From NCBI RefSeq assembly GCF_021869535.1, contig NW_026262745.1, forward strand, positions 72,726,001 to 72,790,000: a stretch of 64,000 nt of DNA. Direction: 5' to 3'. Under the pieces are notes generated by a model. It ran no database searches, was not told where the DNA came from, and saw only the letters and a list, made by a program, of their open reading frames with translations. Both the position numbers and the translations under genes were made by a program. Position 1 is the stretch's first letter; the number at the start of each line of letters is the position of its first letter. The stretch is from Mytilus californianus. Lineage: Eukaryota. Of this stretch, positions 56,459-64,000 are shown in pieces.

Positions 56459-58858
56459 TTAACAATACTTTTTATTACAATTTAATTGCTTCAGTGCCAA
56501 CATTTTATGTTTGAGACGTTGCCTTTCAACATGTATCAATCCTATTTGCCGTACATACCATATAATGGTGGATGTTGAAAAACAAATACCGACGAAGTTA
56601 GAATAGGACGCGTACGATATAAAGGCTAAAAGCAGTGGCGATTCAGAGAGATTTGCAACATTTTTTAGACGTAAACATGCTATCGCATTCATAATTATTA
56701 TACACTGCATGAATATAATAAATATAGACAGAATCCAATGTTTTATACTAGATTTATGTCGATAGACTCTAGTTTCCACCCAGGCGCATACTTGCTTTCT
56801 GATGCAACTGTTTCTTGAGAATATTTCTACAGTATCTAAGAAATCATATTTTCTCTTTAATACTGTTGAAATATTACACTCATCCTTTTTGATAAGAAGT
56901 ATATTTTTGTTATCAATTTTGTCGTCTGCAGATTTTGACATAATAAAATCACCAAAAACTATATTATTCAAAATACAATCTTCCAAAAAGTCTTTAGAAC
57001 AAACTACTATTATAGTGTGACTGTTTTGGATAGCTTTTGAAAAAAGCTGAAACCTAGAAATACCAGCATTAAAATCACGTTCAGGAAAGCATACCGTGTA
57101 GCCCCTGTCTTCAAGACCGGTGATATTTAAATTTTCAGTGATAAACCTATTGTCGTTTTCGGTTGATAATATCAAAACATCATATTCATAATAAAAGACG
57201 TAAGCGTTTTCATTTGCAATATTGCCAAGACACGCATCGCTCGAACTTTCTGCTTCAAAGTCTGCTAGGAAAATAATATACTTACTAATTCTTAAAATCA
57301 CGTGCTTGTCAAATTGACAAATTACATATTTACAAATTCTTAAAAGGGTAAATGCAATCAAGACTAACAGTGTTATTTCTAACATTTGTCTAAATAACAA
57401 AATTTTAGCCTCATCTAGAATATCGGACTTTTTAACGTCTTCAAATTCGTTGTATTGTTCGTAGCTTTTATTATAAATATTATATGATTCATCTGGTAGG
57501 ACAGTGAAAGTGGGTCGTAATGGCGTTGTGAAATTTTGTTTCGTTTTCGTTGTTTCATTATAGAATTCCCTTGTAATATAAATTGAATGTTTGCCAAAAG
57601 ATAGTTCAGTAGTGCAAAGAACAGCACTGACGCTTATTACTTCATCTGACCTCTTTACTACAACAGGCTTGTTAATATCGTAATTTCGCTCTAAAAGTGA
57701 TATTGCTGTTTGTAAAAACAAGAAGGAAAATAGACTGCATCCACTAAACAATCTTTCAGAATTTTTATCCAATGAACCTATGAGTGTGCTATCGATTTTA
57801 TACTCCAAATCTAATACCTCGGTTTCAAAAAAACAATGTATATGGGTAAATAACAATAATCCATTTCCAACAGGAACGTTGATATATCTTGTATTATCGG
57901 TTATTTGGGACAAAAGCATTAATGCTACCATGTAATTGATTTTGTTGTATTCTCGTCCATTGTTGTCAGGGGGAATACCAGAGACCCAAAGCTTGTATTT
58001 TCCAAAATCGTCTTTGTCGATTAGAAAAATGCTTAGAGTTTCAATGATGTAAGTTTCGTGATTTGAAAATATTTTCCTTTTGTGTGAATTTGCCAATTCT
58101 TTGCCATTGTGTGTCCATTTTGTTTTATAATTTACAATTTTATCAAATACCTTAGGCAATTCGCATTCAATTTTCACATCTTCACCGATGTATCGTTTAA
58201 ATAAACGTTTACATATTGGTAATTTCTCGCTATTTTGAAATAAGCTTTGAATCCCATCAGTGTCATATCGAATATTAAACCTCTCATCATCACTCTTTGT
58301 TTGGTTAAAATCAACAACAAACTTTGGCCTTGGTATATTGGCATCATGTACATTAACATAATTAAAAAGTAAACTCCTGAAGGTTGAATGTTTAAGAGGA
58401 TTATAAACATCACGAATGCAATATCCTAACACAGAAAAAATAATAAGCCAAAGAAACGATTGAAGAAACATTTTGTATATTTTTATCCACTTTCGTCTAA
58501 GGTCAACGATAACATTTCTCAATGAGTTATCGAAACAATTCCAAAACTCAGTCCATAATACATAAACTACAATATTTGCAAATATATTAAGTAAACTTCT
58601 CTGATTATAGATACATGCTAACCATCTTAAGGCAAATATGTTAAATAATGCCATGATTATGTACGCAATAATTTGGTGTCCAAATATCGGATGTCTCTTG
58701 TGAAAATTTAGTACAGTAATCATACAGGAAGTCCATCCAAATAATTTGATCGAAGTTGATATGTTTAAGTGAACTCTGAAGACGAACAGTTCTTCAAATG
58801 AATATAATATAAAAGGTATACACACTTGGAATATAAAACGGCCTTTTACAGACATCAT
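56459..58858 (-). CDS. Multi-pass membrane protein with Ig-like domain(s) and TIR domain (IL-1R-like), uninterrupted ORF of about 799 aa from first ATG
   Basis: 2.4-kb stop-free ORF in AT-rich DNA. Ig I-set-like GEDVKIEC...WTHNG...TLSI...DDFGKY. TIR box 1/2 YEYDVLILST...D..FI...LEDRGYTVCFPERDFNAG. Several hydrophobic helices. The true start could lie on an upstream exon. Confidence 0.9.
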   Translation of the reverse strand: MMSVKGRFIFQVCIPFILYSFEELFVFRVHLNISTSIKLFGWTSCMITVLNFHKRHPIFGHQIIAYIIMALFNIFALRWLACIYNQRSLLNIFANIVVYVLWTEFWNCFDNSLRNVIVDLRRKWIKIYKMFLQSFLWLIIFSVLGYCIRDVYNPLKHSTFRSLLFNYVNVHDANIPRPKFVVDFNQTKSDDERFNIRYDTDGIQSLFQNSEKLPICKRLFKRYIGEDVKIECELPKVFDKIVNYKTKWTHNGKELANSHKRKIFSNHETYIIETLSIFLIDKDDFGKYKLWVSGIPPDNNGREYNKINYMVALMLLSQITDNTRYINVPVGNGLLLFTHIHCFFETEVLDLEYKIDSTLIGSLDKNSERLFSGCSLFSFLFLQTAISLLERNYDINKPVVVKRSDEVISVSAVLCTTELSFGKHSIYITREFYNETTKTKQNFTTPLRPTFTVLPDESYNIYNKSYEQYNEFEDVKKSDILDEAKILLFRQMLEITLLVLIAFTLLRICKYVICQFDKHVILRISKYIIFLADFEAESSSDACLGNIANENAYVFYYEYDVLILSTENDNRFITENLNITGLEDRGYTVCFPERDFNAGISRFQLFSKAIQNSHTIIVVCSKDFLEDCILNNIVFGDFIMSKSADDKIDNKNILLIKKDECNISTVLKRKYDFLDTVEIFSRNSCIRKQVCAWVETRVYRHKSSIKHWILSIFIIFMQCIIIMNAIACLRLKNVANLSESPLLLAFISYASYSNFVGICFSTSTIIWYVRQIGLIHVERQRLKHKMLALKQLNCNKKYC

Positions 58859-61800
58859 GAACAACGTGAATACATTATTTTCATAATTTTCATAATAGTC
58901 TTCTAAGTAAAGGAGTCCTGATATTACCAAACGAATGTACTTTATAGTGACATGATCAAGACGAATTTAAGTTTAACAGGTAAATATTTTCTGACGTCTA
59001 CAATGTACATGTATACAGATAAAACACATTGTAAGTTCTATGCGAAATTGGAATGCATTATTTTCTTTATCAAAATATATAAACATATAGACAGCTGATA
59101 TTACGTTCACCAGGTCAGTTATCTAAAAAATCTTTGGTTCACGTCATTAATCAATCCATATGTTTTAGTTCTTTATGTTTATCCTTTTATTGCTAGTATT
59201 TTTTTAATCCACAGTAAACGATGGCTAGATTTAAAAAAAAATACGAATGTCATAATGTTGATTTTATAATTCAGATGTAAAAGCTGTAATTTCTGTGATG
59301 ATACTTATATGAAGCCAATATCGTATAAAAATCATTTCAAAAGGAATTGAACATGTTTACGGATATCTTGTTTTACCTCGGACCGAAAATAAGATACGTT
59401 CCGGTTAGACTCATAGACATGAATTATAATTTTATAGGTATAAATAACGATTTGGGTATCAGTAAATTACAACTTATCTAAATATTATTGTTATAAACAT
59501 ATGCACATTCATTGATCTATGATTCGCTGATATCTAAATTTGGCATTGTTCAAGTTCATGTTTTTTTTGTCTGTTAATGACATCATTTCGCCAAATCCAT
59601 TGGATGTTGGATGTGTACTGATCGATATTTTGTAATATTAAAAAGAATATTAGCTGTTTTTTCTGTGATGATAATTAAATGAAACCAATACCAATTTAAA
59701 CTCAATTCAGAATTGCACATGTTTACGGATATGTTGTTACATCATTTTCGTTATAACACCTGCGACTGAATTAAAGTAACTATGCTTTATTCTCAGCCAG
59801 GATTTTTGATATTCGTATCGTCATTTGATAAAGTCATGCTGATCATATGGTAGGTATAAATTATATAAAGGTGCACAGTTTTCATAGCTTTTAAAAATAT
59901 TTCAGTTTGAATTCGTCCTGGTTTTCGTTCTACAACCGGAAACTACTTGTAGATATATGTATTGGTCAATGATTGAATATAATGTTTTAGTCTTTGTACA
60001 ATAACGAAGCTCAGGTGTGATTATGACCTGTGTATATAGCAAATCCCAAAATACACCGTTTTGTGGTGCACCTTACAGAGGCGCAACGCACAGATTAGGT
60101 TTTTTCGTGACAATAATCTTCAAGTTCCGACCGAGTTGATAAGAGCGCCAGTAATGTAGAGGACATTTTTCTTTATTGTATTCCAAATCATAACCATTGT
60201 ACCTTTAATGTGTTCTATTTATATATTGTTAATATCAAGTTTCTGGTTCTGACATTAGATTTTGCAAAATGTCGAAATAATTAGATAAAAAGTGAAAATG
60301 CAAATCATCTTTACCTGGTTGACCCAACAATACTGTCCACATTCTAGAAAATTTGAAGGTTTTTTTTTTTATGAATAACAGGAAACGAATACAAAAGGGG
60401 AACGGTCCTTTTATATAATGAATTTACAAGTAAACCTACCTACCGTGGTGATATAAACAGATATCCATGACTGTGCGTACGACTACAGCTGTACTGTTGA
60501 TTTTACCAATTTTGATGATAACGGTGGTTTTCTTGTCCTTCTTTGGCACTGCGACCCTTGTAGTACAATAGGTATAACATGTTAATCATGACATATCTGC
60601 CGCTCCTCAGTGCATGATACCGATACCTTCACATCTCAATATTAAAAGCATAAGATATTGAGTGACTGAAAACGGATCTCTATATGTAACTAACTAAAAA
60701 TGACCAAATAACTTGGATGAAGGCATTTATGATATTAAAAGGCAGCATACGATCTTTAACACTTTGTGTTGCATCCGTACCGGTTTTATGTATGTTGGCG
60801 TTTGTTTTTGTTGCAGTTTGGTGTTTTTGTTGATGTGTTTTCCTTGTTTTAGTTCGTTTCCTGAATTTGTTTCTCTTAATCGACTTATGACTTTTGAACA
60901 GCGATTCAATTTTAGTAGGGTTCGTGTTGCTCAGTCTTTGATTTTCTTTGTTGTGTCTTGAGTATCGTTGTTTGTCGTTTTTTGTTTGTTTTTTTTTTTT
61001 CCATAATATTGTCCGTTTATTTTCGACTTATGAGTTTGAATGTCCCTTTGGTATTCTTCGTCTCTATTTGAGATCAAGCTGTTTTATTTCGCTTGTTTTA
61101 GAAAAACTTTTATAACCAACTGTATTTGTTTTCTTTCTGGTTACATATCACGTGTCGAAGTTTAAACAGAAAACTAGATGTAAGTAAAATTTGTATACAT
61201 TAAATTAACCCCAAAAAACATTTTTTTATTTACATTTACTTCATTTGACATAATATCTTCTCCTTGCGTTTATTTTGTCTGACAGTAAATATAATGGAAA
61301 TTGTTCGAAAACATAAACCAAACAAGACATCAAATGGTGCCTGTGTTAATCTTAACAAAATTGAAGATTCAGAACGATAACCAGTGTATTTCAGAATTTG
61401 AAGTAATGTGACGACAAATGAGGAAATATGGACAGAAATGTGGAATTGTTGTTATTTTAGTTAGATATTTAGTAAGAATTAACCTCACAACATCACAAGA
61501 AATCTACATGGTACGTTTAAATGGAGTTAACTGCCAAACTCAGGCCTCCACCTGGTGATATTGTGCCACCGCCAGTCTCAGACATCTATTATTCTCATTT
61601 ATGCATTCTTTCGGTTAAGAAAAAGTTATTTGCATATAGGTATGCTATTATTTTTTCATTTGAGTCGATGAAATGTTGTAGTTGTGTCGCATTTTCTTTA
61701 CAAATCGTCAAATGAAGAAAAAGCTCACAAAGGGGGGGGGGGGGACACATTATTTGCAAGATGAGGAAATTATCCCCCTTCAATGGCTTCATGCAGAGAA

Positions 61801-62639
61801 AGTGATATATTCAAATCAGATTTGGTTCAGATATGCAAACCATCATGCTGCATGTGTGGCCAAGCCTATTCTGCCATTCATATTTATATTATGATCAAAG
61901 TTATGCAAAAGCACAAAGGCTTCTCACAAAATCAGATAACACACGCACCTGTACCAAAGGCGAATCCGGGTCTGGTCGCCCTGATTCCTGTTCGTCCAGG
62001 GTCCATTCGACTTGATCTCTATTTTTTTTTAGTGTTGTTTATTTGCATAATGTTTATTACTTGAACAGAGTATGTTAAAGTTTGTTGAAAAATCGCCGAA
62101 AATTTTTGTATTGCTGCAACCAAATAATAATTTTCCTTTCATTTGTATAGTAGAATGCCAGAATACAATGCATTTATCTTTATTGATATTTGTTAACAAC
62201 TTTTATAATTCTAGTCTCTTAATCATGTTAATTTATGCAGTCTCGTTAATCATAATAAGTAAATGAACTTATAAATACTTTTCATGTTTTACAATTGGTA
62301 CATTATTGTTTTTACTTATTAATTCCAAGCTGACTACTTTATCAAAATTGAATGTTGTTTTTATCATTAATCCATTAAAGACCATTATTACATGTACAAC
62401 AATCAGTGAGAATTGTTAATATGAATAATTAATGATATAAGAAAGTCATCAACGTTTTAATATTTCCATGTGTTTTCATGTATTTCGAGATTTTGTATCA
62501 AATAAATACCTGAATAAGTTTATAAAACTTTAATACCCTTGATATTAACATTTGTTGATAAAAGTAGTGAGAACAGACCTAAGCCCAAAGCGAACATGTA
62601 ATCATGGCGAACGGACCTGATACCTTCCTACGTAACTAC

Positions 62640-63250
62640 AGGCATAGTCCAAATATTAAAATCACAATATTTGAGGTACATGTATTTTTATCATGGCACT
62701 TTCCTACAACAAATTTGTAACACTCCATGATCAGTTTAGTTAACATGTTAAACCTGTACGTTGCCCTGAATATTAATGATCTATTTCAGATACATGTATT
62801 TTTAACTTTACTACTTTTCGTCAACAGATTTATAAACACTACGTGATCAGCTTAGTTATCACCCTATACCATAGTGACCAAGTAATAATAATATTTGAGA
62901 TACATGTATTTTTTACTTGGACGCTTTCCTTGATAGATTTGTAAACATGTTAAACCTGTACCGTAGCCTTGAATGATAATGATATTTGAGTTGCATGTAA
63001 TTTTTACTTGGACTTTTTACTACAACAGATTTGTAAACACTACATGGTCAGCTTAGTCAAAATGTTGCACCAGTGTACCGTAGTCCAAGTAATAAGAATA
63101 ATATTTGAGATACATGTCATTTTTCCTAAATGAAATTACACTTTCCTACAACAAATTTGTAAACACTGTAGTCCGCTTTGTCATGTTTGTTAAATATGTT
63201 ACACAGGCACCATAGTTCGAATAATAATATTGATATTTGAGATACATGCT
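62640..63250. repeat. Old diverged tandem repeat, 90-130-bp units, about 5-6 copies
   Basis: Recurring atatttgagatacatgt...gatttgtaaacac. Confidence 0.7.
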
Positions 63251-64000
63251 GATAGATTCCTGAACCCTCTAGATCTGTAGTCACCTTAAATAACATTTAT
63301 ACCCTATGGACATATTTGCTTTTCATACTTGTAACTATTTGAATTTGAATAATTCTTATATATATACTTTAACATTTCTGTCATCTAAGATAGATGGACA
63401 TATTTCTGATATCCATGTCATGGTGTCACTATTTGAATAAGAGCTCCAGTGCTTTAAGTATAACTGTTTACATTTTTACTACGTCCACTGACCAGAAGTT
63501 GCATACCAGAAAGGAAGGCACACGAGAAATATATATGTTAAAATTCATATGTAAGCTTAATTAACATAACTACGTGCATGATGTGGACACATCAGCTTTC
63601 AGTTTTATACATACATGTATATTATGGATTACAAATGTGTCGGTTATGTGATTGGATAACAACACAGAGATGTCAGTATATATTCAGGAAACTGCCGTGG
63701 TATATACATCTGTACGGCGTTTTTATCCCCAATTAGAACCTCAAAAAGTCACAATATCACTTGTTACTATGTGACGTAGTCAAAAGCTAAACAGAACACT
63801 AAAGAATGTTAGAGGCTCACAGAGGGAAAATAATGATGTGCATCCGTCAATTATACATTTTAATACAATACAAAATCACGTAATTTACACTTCAATTACT
63901 AAAATTTAATGTTTTAAAGTGGTATTATAAATAATTACATACATGTACACGATAAAATTATGTTAAGGTATAAAAGTAAATTATAAAATCCTTCACATAT

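Noticed and set aside
56802-58413. + strand ORFs overlapping the TIR gene
   Set aside because: Antisense shadows of the long - strand ORF.

Overview
AT-rich, intron-rich eukaryotic genomic DNA. The repeat landscape and gene types point to a bivalve mollusc, probably a Mytilus-like mussel (inference). Four protein-coding genes could be assembled by hand with consistent GT-AG phases. (1) A 7-exon secreted chloride-dependent alpha-amylase (- strand, 719 aa) with a Gly/Ser/Thr linker and a Cys-containing C-terminal domain of the Pseudoalteromonas/Corbicula amylase type, preceded by a 2.3-kb 37-bp minisatellite. (2-3) A head-to-head pair of small paralogous single-pass membrane proteins with a C-C-CC-CC ectodomain (Shisa-like/STMC6), each carrying a 21-nt microexon. 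In one paralog, skipping the microexon would create a PPxY motif. (4) A single-ORF multi-pass Ig-Ig-TM-TIR-TM-TM protein. The rest is mostly non-autonomous transposons (Kolobok-, Tc1/mariner-, hAT-, CACTA- and MULE/foldback-like, with readable TSDs), Penelope-like RT fragments, minimal hammerhead ribozyme motifs, SINE and Helentron-like elements, palindromes and satellites. No rRNA, tRNA or CRISPR could be supported. Repeat boundaries without a TSD are approximate.
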